A program made the position numbers and the translations under genes. The notes beneath the pieces were generated by a model, which saw only the letters and a list, made by a program, of their open reading frames with translations, had not been told where the DNA came from and made no database searches. A stretch of 64,000 nucleotides of DNA from positions 192,001 through 256,000 of the forward strand of contig CAWAGQ010000004.1 of assembly GCA_963781585.1 (NCBI GenBank), in the 5' to 3' direction. Source of the stretch: an uncultured Gemmatimonadaceae bacterium (GTDB lineage Bacteria > Gemmatimonadota > Gemmatimonadetes > Gemmatimonadales > Gemmatimonadaceae). Shown here one piece after another: positions 47,943-58,364 of the stretch (the first letter of the stretch is position 1; each line of letters starts with the position of its first letter).

Positions 47943-50882
47943 CTATTGAATCGGTCCTCCCTTGTGTACCTGCGGCACTCCGTCGGTCATCCACTGCGGG
48001 GCGGGAGCCCCCTTCAGGTAGTGGTCGAAGAACTGCTTCATGCGCACCTGGAAGTCCTTCTGGTTTTCCTTCTTCGCCAGGTGATGCGGCTCGTCCGGAT
48101 AGGAGAGGAAGATCACCTGCTTGCCGTTGCGCCGCGCGGCGTTGAAGAACTGCAGGCCTTCGACCCAGTCCACCGCGCCATCCGCCGTTCCCTGCAGAAT
48201 CAGAAACGGCGTCTTGATGTTGCGCACATTGTAGACGGGGGACTGGCTCTCGTAGAGATCGTGTGAATTCCAGGGCGTGACGTTGTCTCCCATGCGCACC
48301 TGACCCACTTCGGTGATGCCCTGCTGGACGGTCCCCGTCTGCTTGTAGAGTTCGTCGTAGAAACTGATGAGGTTCGTGGGCGGAGCGCCGGTCACGACGG
48401 CGGCAAAGATGTCGGTCTGTGTGAGGATGTACGACGACTGATATCCACCCCAGCTGTGTCCCTGCAGCCCGATGTGGGCCGGATCCGCATAGCCGAGGGC
48501 GATCACCTTCTTCACCGCCGCCGTCACGCAGTCCACCGCCGAGGTCCCCGGTTTGCCGATCTCGTAGACCACGTCGGGCTGCAGCACCAGGTAGCCATCG
48601 CTGGCGTACTCCGACATGTGTGGCCGATCGTCGTACACCGGCATCGAGAACGAGTGATGCGTGTTCGACATGATCTCGTAGAAATAGACCAGCATCGGGT
48701 ACTTCTTCCCGGGTTGGTAACCGGCGGGGAGGGTGAGGGTAGCCTGGAGGCGCCGTCCCTTCGAGTTCTTGTAATCGATGAGTACCTTCGAGCCCCAGGC
48801 GTACTCGCTCAGTTGCGGGTTGGCGTCGGTGACCCTGGTCGGGTTGCTGTATGACGTCGAAGCCACCCAGTAGTCGGGAAACTCGTTGAAGGTCTGCTCG
48901 GTGTAGAGCACGCGGTCGGCCTCGGACGCCTTCTGCGGAGTCCCGAACTGTTTGTCCTCCCAGCGAAGGGGCGCCGGCGCCTGACCCGGCGCGACACGCC
49001 AGAATCCTGTCTTCTTGGTCCACTCGCCGTACGCCGACAGAGTGAGCGGCTGGCTCAGATCGATTCCCGCGTCCTCCGCGCTGCCTCCGCCAAAGCCCCC
49101 GCCGCGGCCGCCGCGACCGCCCGCACCATAGCGCACCAGATGGAATTCGATTTGCTGCGCCGCCCCGATGCCCCTGGTGAGGTTCACGGCCTTGCCGCCA
49201 TCGAGCGGGAGCTGCCACAGATCGTACTTGTCGTACAGCAATACGGAGTGTCCGTCCTTCGACCATCCTGCCACGCCGAACACCGGCTTCTCGTAGTCGT
49301 GGTCGTCTTCGTCGTTCACGAAGCTTCGACCGGCGGCCGCATCCACCGCGATCGCCTTGCCGGACTCCAGATCGTACGCCATGACGTGCTTGTTCTGGAG
49401 GTAGAGGAACCACCGCCCGTCGGGCGAGATGCCCATCGTGCGCGTGAGCTTCGACGCAATTGGTGTCCGCTCCCCGGTCTCGAGACTCACCCGGTAGTAG
49501 TCGGCGTGCCCCCCACTCCACGCCACCTCACCACGGTAGGTCGTATCGTTCCGCCCCACCGCCCACTTCCCGTTAGGCGAGGTGGACAGGGTGCGCATGG
49601 CGCTGTCCGCCAGCACCAGGAATCGTCCGGAACCCACCAGCAGCTCGCCGGGATAGGTTGCGCGCCGCTCCTGCTGCAGACGCACCATCTGTACTGATTG
49701 CGGTTCGGCATCCTTCCAGTGCCAGACATCCACGTTGGCCCTGGGTTCCTCGCTGCGTGGTGGCTCGGGCTCCTGTTCCTTCACTCCCACGAAGATACGG
49801 GCGCCGTCCGCACTCCAGCGCGGCGGCGTGAACTCGCTGATCACCATCCCCTTTGGGAAGGCCGCGTCGTGCGAGGGATCATACGTCAGATTCCGCGAAC
49901 CTGTCGTGCCGAGGGCCGTCCACGCGAGGAGTGTGTTGTCCTTCTGGCGGTTGGCGCGCTGCTTTTCGCCACGCAGGACGGCGAGGTTCGATCCCGAGTC
50001 ACTCCACGCCAGTTGATCGTAGTCTGCCGCGGCTCCATCCAGAGTCTGCGCGAGGCCGCTCGCGAGCTCGAGCAGATAGATCCCGTTGCCGAGCCGACTG
50101 GTGGCGTCGACCGTGTAGGCGAGCAGGCGGCCCGCGTCGTCGAAGTCGTACTGGACGACGTTGCCGACGTTGCGGATCGTCCCGGTGGAGAGGTCGCGCA
50201 CGAGGAGATCGGTGCCCTGTACACTCGTGTCCGCCCCGGCAGCCCGGTTGAGGCGCACAGCCAGCCAGTGCGATCCCTTGGAGAACTGGAATCCGGCAGG
50301 ATTCGGAACGCTGAACTTGGCGCCGTTCGTCAGATCCAGCAGTTCCAGCCGCCGCTGACCACGGCCTCCGCTGCCCCCTCCGGGAGCCCCGCGGCCCGGA
50401 CTCTGCGCGCCTGGCGGCACGGCGCCGCGGCTCCCGCGCCCGCTCGCGCCGGGTGCCGGCGTCGGCGGATTCACGTAGTACGCCACCCAGTGCGAATCGT
50501 CGGAGAACTGCGGTCCTCCGCCGCCGCCCCCGCCACCGAAGCCGCCGCCGCGACCGCCGCCGGCCGGAGCGCCAACGGACGTGGAGTACACCGTGGTCCC
50601 GTCCAACTGCTTCACGAAGAGCGTCGCGTCGCCATCGTTGGGTTGATACGTGTAGGTGACCCACTTGCCATCCGCCGACAGCGACGCCGCGGTAATGCGG
50701 TTCCATGTCGCGTAGTCGCTCAGCCCCAGAACCTTCAGGCTCGGTGACGCCGCCCTTGCGGTCGTCGCGACGGTCGCAACGCGCGCGCTTTGTTGAGCGC
50801 GTGCAGACCGTCCAGGCGCGATCCAGGCAACCAAGGCGAAAACCAGCGGCCAACGTGATGACGAGCGACGCATGGGACGCAT
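47943..50882 (-). CDS. S9 family (prolyl oligopeptidase-like) exported peptidase
   Basis: GHSWGG nucleophile, DGAV, EPHH; N-terminal beta-propeller; signal peptide. Confidence 0.93.
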   Translation of the reverse strand: MRPMRRSSSRWPLVFALVAWIAPGRSARAQQSARVATVATTARAASPSLKVLGLSDYATWNRITAASLSADGKWVTYTYQPNDGDATLFVKQLDGTTVYSTSVGAPAGGGRGGGFGGGGGGGGPQFSDDSHWVAYYVNPPTPAPGASGRGSRGAVPPGAQSPGRGAPGGGSGGRGQRRLELLDLTNGAKFSVPNPAGFQFSKGSHWLAVRLNRAAGADTSVQGTDLLVRDLSTGTIRNVGNVVQYDFDDAGRLLAYTVDATSRLGNGIYLLELASGLAQTLDGAAADYDQLAWSDSGSNLAVLRGEKQRANRQKDNTLLAWTALGTTGSRNLTYDPSHDAAFPKGMVISEFTPPRWSADGARIFVGVKEQEPEPPRSEEPRANVDVWHWKDAEPQSVQMVRLQQERRATYPGELLVGSGRFLVLADSAMRTLSTSPNGKWAVGRNDTTYRGEVAWSGGHADYYRVSLETGERTPIASKLTRTMGISPDGRWFLYLQNKHVMAYDLESGKAIAVDAAAGRSFVNDEDDHDYEKPVFGVAGWSKDGHSVLLYDKYDLWQLPLDGGKAVNLTRGIGAAQQIEFHLVRYGAGGRGGRGGGFGGGSAEDAGIDLSQPLTLSAYGEWTKKTGFWRVAPGQAPAPLRWEDKQFGTPQKASEADRVLYTEQTFNEFPDYWVASTSYSNPTRVTDANPQLSEYAWGSKVLIDYKNSKGRRLQATLTLPAGYQPGKKYPMLVYFYEIMSNTHHSFSMPVYDDRPHMSEYASDGYLVLQPDVVYEIGKPGTSAVDCVTAAVKKVIALGYADPAHIGLQGHSWGGYQSSYILTQTDIFAAVVTGAPPTNLISFYDELYKQTGTVQQGITEVGQVRMGDNVTPWNSHDLYESQSPVYNVRNIKTPFLILQGTADGAVDWVEGLQFFNAARRNGKQVIFLSYPDEPHHLAKKENQKDFQVRMKQFFDHYLKGAPAPQWMTDGVPQVHKGGPIQ
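47945..48131. repeat. Second copy of the 187-bp direct repeat (functional 3' end of the S9 peptidase)
   Basis: Matches 45864-46050 at a constant offset of 2081 bp. Confidence 0.9.
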
Positions 50883-51280
50883 CCTCACAAGGGAATCGAG
50901 CGCGGAGTTGAAAGAGCGGACGGGCAAACGGCAACCGGGCCAAAGGCCAAATGGCACATCGCGGCGAATCTAAGCTGCGCGTTGCGAGGCCCTTGTGCGA
51001 GAGGCGATTACTCTTTGGCACGGACGCGGCCCGGTCGCGCGGGGGACTCCTGCATATCCTCCGACCGCACTCGGCTCGTGGCTGATTGGCGGCCAGTTGG
51101 CGGGTGGGCTGGTTACCCTCGAACGGAACTGCGTCTCGCGCGTAGGTTACCTGCCGGCGACGGCGATCCAGCTATGGCGGCCCTGCACTTTGGTCGGTCC
51201 GTGTGTCATGCTGGACAGTATTTGCTCCGTCCGGCATGTTGGCCGGCCGTGGATGGTCTGATAATTCCTCTCTTCCTCGC

Positions 51281-53758
51281 ATGACTGAAGCGCACTCGCA
51301 TTCCGTTCCCGCGCCGTCAGAATCGAGCCGCGCGCTCCCGCTTCTGCTTCTGCTCTTTGTGGGTAGCGGGTTGGCCGCACTCATCTATGAAGTGGTGTGG
51401 TTCCAGCTTCTGGTGCTGGTCATCGGGTCGACCGCTGTGTCACTGGGCGTGGTCCTGGCGACGTACATGGGCGGACTCTGCATCGGGAGCCTGGCGCTTC
51501 CCCGATTCGTCTCGCCCCGCAAACACCCCCTGCGCATCTACGCGCTGATCGAATTGGGCATCGGTGTCATCGGCATGGTCGTTCTCTTCGCCGTCCCCTT
51601 CCTCGGACATCTTTATTCCGGCGCCGGGGCGCAGGGATTTTCAGGAATCGTGCTGCGTGCAGTGGTCTGCGCGATCTGTCTGCTCCCCCCGACGATCCTG
51701 ATGGGCGCGACGCTCCCCGCCGCGGCCCGTTGGGTCGAGTCCACGCCGCGCGGTGTCTCGTGGCTGGGGCTGCTGTACGGGAGCAATACGGCCGGCGCGG
51801 TCATCGGCAGTTTGCTCGCCGGGTTCTTCCTGCTCCGTGTCTATGACATGGCGACGGCAACGTTTGTGGCAGCGGCCGTGAACTTCATCGTCGCCGGCCT
51901 CGCGATCGTCCTGGCACGTCGGACGGCGGGCGGGATCGAGGAGGCCGAGACGACGGCAGACAGCGTGGCTCCAGCGGAGGCCCTCCCGGGCGCGTGGGCG
52001 GTATACGTCACCATCGCGCTTTCCGGCGCCACAGCACTGGGTGCGGAAGTGGTGTGGACGCGACTGCTCTCGCTGATGCTCGGCGCGTCCACGTACACGT
52101 TTTCGATCATCCTCGGTGTGTTCCTCTTCGGCCTCGCGTTCGGAAGCGCGGGAGGATCGTGGCTCGCTCGCCGGCTCACGCAACCCAGAGCCGCCCTCGG
52201 ATGGTGCCAGCTCCTGCAGACCCTCGGTATCATGTGGGCCGCCCTGATGATCGCCGTCGTGCTGCCGTACTGGCCCATCAACCCGTCGCTCGCTCCAAGT
52301 CCCTGGTTCAATATTCATCTCGACCTGACGAAGACCCTGTGGGTCGTTGTGCCCGGCGCGATACTGTGGGGAGCGAGCTTTCCGCTGGCCCTCGCTGCGC
52401 TCGTGTCTCGCGGCGAGGACTCCGGACGGCTGGTGAGCCGCGTGTATGCCGCCAACACTGTCGGCGCAATCCTCGGCGCGCTGGTGTTCAGCCTCGTCAT
52501 GATTCCGTGGTTCGGAACGCATACGGCACAGCGCGTGCTCATCGTGCTGACCACGCTCTCCGCCGTGCTGATGTTCGTCATCGTGATGTTGCCGCGGGCC
52601 GCATCATCGAGCGGTGGTGCGCCCGCGTCGCTCCGTCGGTTCGGTCTCACCTCGAGTCTGATCGCGGTCGGACTCGGCACCTTGCTCGCCATCAAGGTGC
52701 CCGACATCCCGCCGCTGCTCGTCGCGTTTGGCCGATACATGGTCACCTGGATGGGGCAGGTGGACATCCTCTTCACGGGCGAGGGAACGAACTCGTCGAT
52801 CGCCGTGACACAGCTGCACAGCAGCGGGGCGACGCAGTTCCACGTGGCCGGCAAGGTACAGGCGTCGAACCTCACCCAGGACATGCGGCTGCAGCGGATG
52901 CTGGGCCATCTGCCGGCGCTCATCCATCCGGATCCCCAATCGGTCCTGATTGTGGGCTTCGGTGCCGGCGTGACGGCGGGCACGTTCGTGCCGTATCCCG
53001 ACATCCGGAACATCACCATCTGCGAGATCGAGCCGCTCGTGCCACGGACGTCGTCGGTCTACTTCAAGAACGAGAACCGCGACGTCTTTCACGATCCGCG
53101 CACACGCATGGTTTACGATGATGCGCGGAACTACATCTTCACCACGAAAGACAAGTTCGACATCATCACGTCTGACCCACTCGACCCGTGGGTGAAGGGC
53201 GCCGCCACGCTGTACACCCGCGAGCACTTCGAGGCCATCAAGCGGCACCTCAACCCGGGTGGGGTCGTGAGCCAATTCGTCCAGCTCTATGAAAGCAACC
53301 TCGAGGCGGTCAAGAGCGAGGTCGCGACCTTCCTCGATGTCTTTCCGAACGGGACCGTCTGGGCCAACAACATCAATGGCAAGGGGTATGATGTCGTCCT
53401 GCTCGGCACCGTGGAGCCGACCAGGATCGACGTGAATCAGGTGATGGCTCGACTGAACCGGCCGGATTACGCACCGGTCGTGCAGTCCATGCTCGACGTC
53501 GGCTATCAGACGCCCATGGATCTGTTCGCCACCTATTCCGCGAACAAGAGTGACCTCGCCGAATGGCTCCAGGATGCGCAGGTGAATCGCGATCGGAACC
53601 TTCGCCTGCAGTTCCTCGCCGGCCTCGGATTGAACGAGTACAACAGCGAAGGCATCTACGACGACATGGCGCGCTTTCGCAGATTCCCCGAAGGCATGTT
53701 CGTTGCCGACGACGCCTGGTTGCAGCAGCTGCGCAACGCGATGGGATTCTATCCGTAG
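51281..53758 (+). CDS. Fused MFS-like membrane domain / spermidine synthase-like protein
   Basis: SG.AAL.YEVVW, LYG.NT.GA repeats over many TM helices; IVGFGAGVT, CEIEP, DDARNY, DIITSDP. Confidence 0.92.
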   Translation: MTEAHSHSVPAPSESSRALPLLLLLFVGSGLAALIYEVVWFQLLVLVIGSTAVSLGVVLATYMGGLCIGSLALPRFVSPRKHPLRIYALIELGIGVIGMVVLFAVPFLGHLYSGAGAQGFSGIVLRAVVCAICLLPPTILMGATLPAAARWVESTPRGVSWLGLLYGSNTAGAVIGSLLAGFFLLRVYDMATATFVAAAVNFIVAGLAIVLARRTAGGIEEAETTADSVAPAEALPGAWAVYVTIALSGATALGAEVVWTRLLSLMLGASTYTFSIILGVFLFGLAFGSAGGSWLARRLTQPRAALGWCQLLQTLGIMWAALMIAVVLPYWPINPSLAPSPWFNIHLDLTKTLWVVVPGAILWGASFPLALAALVSRGEDSGRLVSRVYAANTVGAILGALVFSLVMIPWFGTHTAQRVLIVLTTLSAVLMFVIVMLPRAASSSGGAPASLRRFGLTSSLIAVGLGTLLAIKVPDIPPLLVAFGRYMVTWMGQVDILFTGEGTNSSIAVTQLHSSGATQFHVAGKVQASNLTQDMRLQRMLGHLPALIHPDPQSVLIVGFGAGVTAGTFVPYPDIRNITICEIEPLVPRTSSVYFKNENRDVFHDPRTRMVYDDARNYIFTTKDKFDIITSDPLDPWVKGAATLYTREHFEAIKRHLNPGGVVSQFVQLYESNLEAVKSEVATFLDVFPNGTVWANNINGKGYDVVLLGTVEPTRIDVNQVMARLNRPDYAPVVQSMLDVGYQTPMDLFATYSANKSDLAEWLQDAQVNRDRNLRLQFLAGLGLNEYNSEGIYDDMARFRRFPEGMFVADDAWLQQLRNAMGFYP

Positions 53759-53805
53759 TCTGCTGCCCGCCCGGGACTCCCGCGCCGAGCTGAGGGTGTA
53801 GCACC

Positions 53806-54990
53806 ATGGTCGTCACGAAACGCCGCCGCGCCATCATCGTTGGGCTGTCGCTCCTGTGGGCGGCCGGGCTCACGTCCTATGCGCCCACGTCGGGCGGGCT
53901 TCATGCCGCCGCGCTCGCGGGCGTGCCCACCGCCCAGGGCATCCCGGCGCGCCTCAGCGACCCGGTCTTCTGGCGGCTGGTCACCGAGTTCAGCGAGGAA
54001 GGCGGCTTCTTTCAATCCGACAACTTCGTTTCGAACGAGACGACGTATCAGCGGGTGATCCCCGAGCTGCAACGCATGCTGGGCCACGGCGGCGTGTACC
54101 TGGGCGTCGGCCCTGATCAGAATTTCACGTATATCGTGGCGCTGCAGCCGAGACTGTCGTTCATCGTCGACATTCGGCGCGGAGCGCTGCTGCAGCATCT
54201 GCTCTACAAGGCCCTGATCGAGATGTCGCGCGACCGCGCGGACTTCCTTTCGCTCCTGTTTTCGCGCCCACGTCCCCCCGGCGTCTCCGACACGGTATCA
54301 GCAACCGCGCTCCTCAAGGCGTTCTACCTCGAGTCGCCGGACAGCGCGAGCTACTACCGGAATCTCGACGCCGTGAAGAACCGGCTGGTCCGGATGCACG
54401 GATTCGCCCTGACCGGCGATGACTTCGCGAACATGGAGTACGTCTATACCTCTTTCTACAATGCGGGACCGGACATCACGTACAGCTATGGTTCCGGCCG
54501 CGGAGGGTTTGGCGGGCGGGGCATGCCGACGTTCGCGCAACTGATGGTCGAGGACGACGGCACCGGGACGCAACGCAGCTACCTGGCCACCGAAGAGAAC
54601 TTCCGCGTGCTGAGGGACCTGCAGTCGCGAAACCTGATCGTGCCGCTGGTCGGGAATTTCGCCGGACCCAAGGCCATCCGCGCGGTCGGCCAGTACCTGA
54701 AGGAGACTGGCGGCACGGTGAAGGCGTTCTATACCTCCAACGTCGAACAGTATCTGTTCCGCGATCCGGAGCAGTGGCGCGCCTTCTACTCGAGCGTGGC
54801 CGCGCTGCCCATCGACTCGTCGAGCACGTTCATTCGTGCCGCGTTCAACGGGATGGGCGGATTTCGCTCGTCGTACACGTCTCCCGGACCTCGATCGGTC
54901 ACCCTCCTCTGTCCCATCAACGTGCTGGTCAGGGCGTTCTACGACGGCCGCATTCAGCAGTATGGCGACGTGCTGAACATGTCCCGATAG
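53806..54990 (+). CDS. Conserved hypothetical exported protein, possible SAM-binding fold
   Basis: N-terminal signal; DNFVSNE, YLGVGPDQNFTYI, VDIRR, FYTSNVEQYL. Confidence 0.75.
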   Translation: MVVTKRRRAIIVGLSLLWAAGLTSYAPTSGGLHAAALAGVPTAQGIPARLSDPVFWRLVTEFSEEGGFFQSDNFVSNETTYQRVIPELQRMLGHGGVYLGVGPDQNFTYIVALQPRLSFIVDIRRGALLQHLLYKALIEMSRDRADFLSLLFSRPRPPGVSDTVSATALLKAFYLESPDSASYYRNLDAVKNRLVRMHGFALTGDDFANMEYVYTSFYNAGPDITYSYGSGRGGFGGRGMPTFAQLMVEDDGTGTQRSYLATEENFRVLRDLQSRNLIVPLVGNFAGPKAIRAVGQYLKETGGTVKAFYTSNVEQYLFRDPEQWRAFYSSVAALPIDSSSTFIRAAFNGMGGFRSSYTSPGPRSVTLLCPINVLVRAFYDGRIQQYGDVLNMSR

Positions 54991-54991
54991 C

Positions 54992-55022
54992 ACACGGGCG
55001 GGAGACCCACTCCCGCCCGTGT
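54992..55022. terminator. 13-bp stem hairpin between convergent genes
   Basis: ACACGGGCGGGAG-ACCCA-CTCCCGCCCGTGT. Confidence 0.7.
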
Positions 55023-55056
55023 ACGTGCGCCGCCGGCCTCGCCCAATGTGGCAACC

Positions 55057-58000
55057 CTACCAGCCTGGCATCAGCTGGAAGCCCCACAGCGACGACTTCG
55101 TGGGACGCTGATAGGGATGCGCCCAGTAAGCTTCGAGCACCGCGAACCCGAGCACGTTGAAGCGCGCCGAGATCCCGGTACTGACCAGTGGCACACGGTC
55201 GGTGGTGTGCGAATCGAAGCGCCACGACTCCGGTCGAGACTGGCTCCACGCCGCGCCGACGTCCAGGAAGGGAGATACCTCGAGCGGCAGGAACGGGACG
55301 TTGAGCAGTCCGAAGCGTTCCGTCCCGAAGAGCGGGATACGGAACTCCATGTTGGCCACCGCCAGGCGGGTACCGCTCAGCCGATCGAATTCGGGACACG
55401 ACTGATCGTTCGGGCCGGTGGTGGTGCACTCACTCGGGTCGAAGCTCCAGACGTCGTAGCCGCGGATCAACCCCGGCTGTCCCACGTAGAGCGGATAGAG
55501 ACGGCCGTTGTCGGCATCAGAACCGTATCGCCCGTAACTGATCCCGCGCACGGCAAACGTGAATGGCCGCTTGAAGAAGTAACGCCGGTAGTCGGCGAGC
55601 AGGGTCGTGTAGTTGAGGGAGCCGACATTCGGCGAGACCTCGAAGCGATAGCGTCCGCCCGCAACCGGAGAGGTAAAGCCGAAGAACGAATAGTCGCCCA
55701 CGAACGCCGCCGATGCGGTGGCAAAATTGAGCCCGGTTCCCGCGGGAACTCCGCTCCGGCGCTCGTACACCTGGTTGCCGACATAGTAGAAGCTGTCCAC
55801 TTCGATGTCGAAGCTGATGCGCTGCACGCCGGCACTCAGCTCCAGACGCCGGGTCGTCGAGAGTGGATACTGGGTGATGAACGACAGGTTGTCGAAGAAT
55901 TCACGCTGGATGATCTGGGTGTACACATCCGCCGGGCCCAGATTCGTCTGCGCCACTCCGTAGGTCGCGTAGGCGCCGGCATACGGGACGTGATACGCCT
56001 CGACCCCCCAGTTCCAGCGGTGGGCGCGGTCCAGGTACATCACCTCGCCGCCGATGTCCTTCACGTTCCCCTGTGCCTGCAGCACGGTGTTGAAGATCTT
56101 GTTGCCGAGCATGTCGGAGAACCCCAGGGCCACGCCGCCGGCGAGCCCCGTGCCGTAGGCACCGCCGAACGACACGCCTACCGATGGGCCACCCACATAG
56201 TCGAGCGACAGTGCGCTGCTGTACGGGCGCGACGCTACGTGATGCGTCGCCGGCAGTCCGGTCTTCGGGTCCCGCAATGAACGAAGGACCGTGCTGGTGG
56301 CGACCGCCTCGGCCGGCGGCAGGATGCCCGGCGCGCCATCCGCGAGCGCCACGTTGAGTGACGTGCCGTCCGCCTGCGACGCGCTCATGGTGCGGATGCT
56401 GAACCCCTGCTTGTCGAAGACCGTGAACACGAGGTCCCCCGACTTGCGCGCCACCGAGAGTGTCGGCGAGAGGTAGGTGATGCCGCTCACCCCGGTCGAG
56501 ACCCGCGTCAGGCGGGACACGTCGCCGGTGGACAGCGAATACCGGTAGATGTCGCTCACCCCGTCCTGGTCCGACACGAAGTACAGCGTCCGACCATCGG
56601 GAGCGAATTGCGGATTGATCGACTTCCCCTCGCCGAACCGCGGCAGCAACCGGATCTCGCGCGATCTCAGGTCCAGCAGCGCCAACCGCATCGGGCCGAA
56701 GCGCAGATCCTGGAAATTCGTTTCGGGACCCGCGTCGGTGGTGAACGCCAGCGAGTTCCCGTCCGGGCTCCAGTTGGGCTGCAACTGCGCTTCGCGATCG
56801 TTTGTGAGCTGGGTGGTCTGCCGCGTGCGCAGGTCGTACAGATACAGGTCGCTGATGCCGCCGTGAATTCCGGCAAACGCCAGCCGCTGTCCGTCGGGGC
56901 TCCACGCCGGATCATTCAGCGCGCCTACCCCCGATATTCTGATCCGCTCTTCGATCCCCCCGTTGTCGATCCGCGCCACGTCGATCTCGTTGTCGCCATC
57001 CGCAAAGGTCACGAACGCCAGGCGCGTGCCGTCGGGGGACCAGCTTCCCGATGAACTGATGAAGCTCAGCTCGTCGAAGTGGGCATCACGCGTCACCGTG
57101 GTGATCTGCTTGACTATGCGGCCGGTCGCTGTTTCGGCCACGTACAAGTCCATCCCGAACAGGCTCCGGCTGGAAAAGAACGCCACGTACTTTCCGTCCG
57201 GACTCACCGTCGGCGACACATTCTGGTCGCCGTCCTTCTTCACGACCACCACCGGCTGCCCCACGTCGTTAGGTGCGGCCCGGCCGGCCAGCACCGGACC
57301 GTATTCCTTGCGGATCGCGGCCTTCCATTCCTTGCTGAGGGAATCGGAATTCACGCCCAGCGACCGGGTCAGAGCGCCTTCCCATCCGAGCTGCAGGGCC
57401 GAGCGGAACACCCGGCTCACCATCTCGTCGCCCCACACGCCGCCGATATATGCCCACAATGCCTCCCCGTAGCGGTATGGGAAGTAGCGGGGATCCGTGG
57501 TGAGCTGCTTGATCGAGGGCAGGTCGTCCCGACGCAGCGCGTCGCGCAGCCACATCGCGGTATTCGGATCGTCGCGGCCCAGACTCAGATACTCCGCCAT
57601 GCCCTCGATCAGCCAGAGGGGTATCTGCTCGACGTTCGCGATCCCCCCTCGGGTCGTCTCCGCGATCCGGTACTGGAAGACGTGCACCAGCTCGTGTCCG
57701 AGCACGTGATCGTTATCCGCGTACACGCCGGTGAATGGCATGATGACACGGTCCTTCGCGCCTTCGGTCACGCCGCCCGTGCCCTCGCCAATCAGCCCCT
57801 CGATCACGTTCGACTGCTGAAAGTCGGGCGGATCGGCGTACAGGATGATCGGATTCTTCTCGAATGTGAAATTCAGCAGCGCGCTGTGCCGGGCGTACCA
57901 TCGTTCGGCCATGCGCGCGGCGTCCGCTGTCGCCAGCGATTCGCTCGGATAGAAGAACAGGTTGTAGTGATCGCTCGGAAGAACGCGGAAATTGAACCGG

Positions 58001-58125
58001 TCATACTGAACCTTGTTCCGGCCGAAGGCCTGCGCCTCGGCGGTAGCCGTGCCGATCGACAATGCCATGATTCCCGCGACGACTGCGATGATAGCGTGCG
58101 ACGGACGCCTGCGAGGAGTGCGCAT
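55057..58125 (-). CDS. Gluzincin peptidase + TolB/PD40 propeller + Omp85-type barrel fusion
   Basis: FGRNKVQY, HELVH...WLIEGMAEY, multiple WSPDG repeats, IRGYD loop, C-terminal Trp. Confidence 0.88.
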   Translation of the reverse strand: MRTPRRRPSHAIIAVVAGIMALSIGTATAEAQAFGRNKVQYDRFNFRVLPSDHYNLFFYPSESLATADAARMAERWYARHSALLNFTFEKNPIILYADPPDFQQSNVIEGLIGEGTGGVTEGAKDRVIMPFTGVYADNDHVLGHELVHVFQYRIAETTRGGIANVEQIPLWLIEGMAEYLSLGRDDPNTAMWLRDALRRDDLPSIKQLTTDPRYFPYRYGEALWAYIGGVWGDEMVSRVFRSALQLGWEGALTRSLGVNSDSLSKEWKAAIRKEYGPVLAGRAAPNDVGQPVVVVKKDGDQNVSPTVSPDGKYVAFFSSRSLFGMDLYVAETATGRIVKQITTVTRDAHFDELSFISSSGSWSPDGTRLAFVTFADGDNEIDVARIDNGGIEERIRISGVGALNDPAWSPDGQRLAFAGIHGGISDLYLYDLRTRQTTQLTNDREAQLQPNWSPDGNSLAFTTDAGPETNFQDLRFGPMRLALLDLRSREIRLLPRFGEGKSINPQFAPDGRTLYFVSDQDGVSDIYRYSLSTGDVSRLTRVSTGVSGITYLSPTLSVARKSGDLVFTVFDKQGFSIRTMSASQADGTSLNVALADGAPGILPPAEAVATSTVLRSLRDPKTGLPATHHVASRPYSSALSLDYVGGPSVGVSFGGAYGTGLAGGVALGFSDMLGNKIFNTVLQAQGNVKDIGGEVMYLDRAHRWNWGVEAYHVPYAGAYATYGVAQTNLGPADVYTQIIQREFFDNLSFITQYPLSTTRRLELSAGVQRISFDIEVDSFYYVGNQVYERRSGVPAGTGLNFATASAAFVGDYSFFGFTSPVAGGRYRFEVSPNVGSLNYTTLLADYRRYFFKRPFTFAVRGISYGRYGSDADNGRLYPLYVGQPGLIRGYDVWSFDPSECTTTGPNDQSCPEFDRLSGTRLAVANMEFRIPLFGTERFGLLNVPFLPLEVSPFLDVGAAWSQSRPESWRFDSHTTDRVPLVSTGISARFNVLGFAVLEAYWAHPYQRPTKSSLWGFQLMPGW

Positions 58126-58364
58126 GGTGAGTTCGGAAAGATGAGTCGGCGAAACGCCCTCGGATACGAGTGTGCGCCTTGTACCCGCGGCACCCGTCAA
58201 AGTGCGGCTCCGCAGCGCGTCGCATCGCATCCGTGGTCTCATACCGTACTCGACACCCGGAGAGCCTCGCACCCTAGGACGCGACGCCGCGATTCCAGAC
58301 AGGCCGACCGGTCGAGCGCGACGAAGCGACGTAGCCGGTCGGTCGATTCGCCCGGCGATGGCGC

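Noticed and set aside
51015..51031. Sigma-54-like TGGCACG upstream of the spermidine-synthase fusion
   Set aside because: The -12 element reads CGGC rather than TTGC, which is too weak to call
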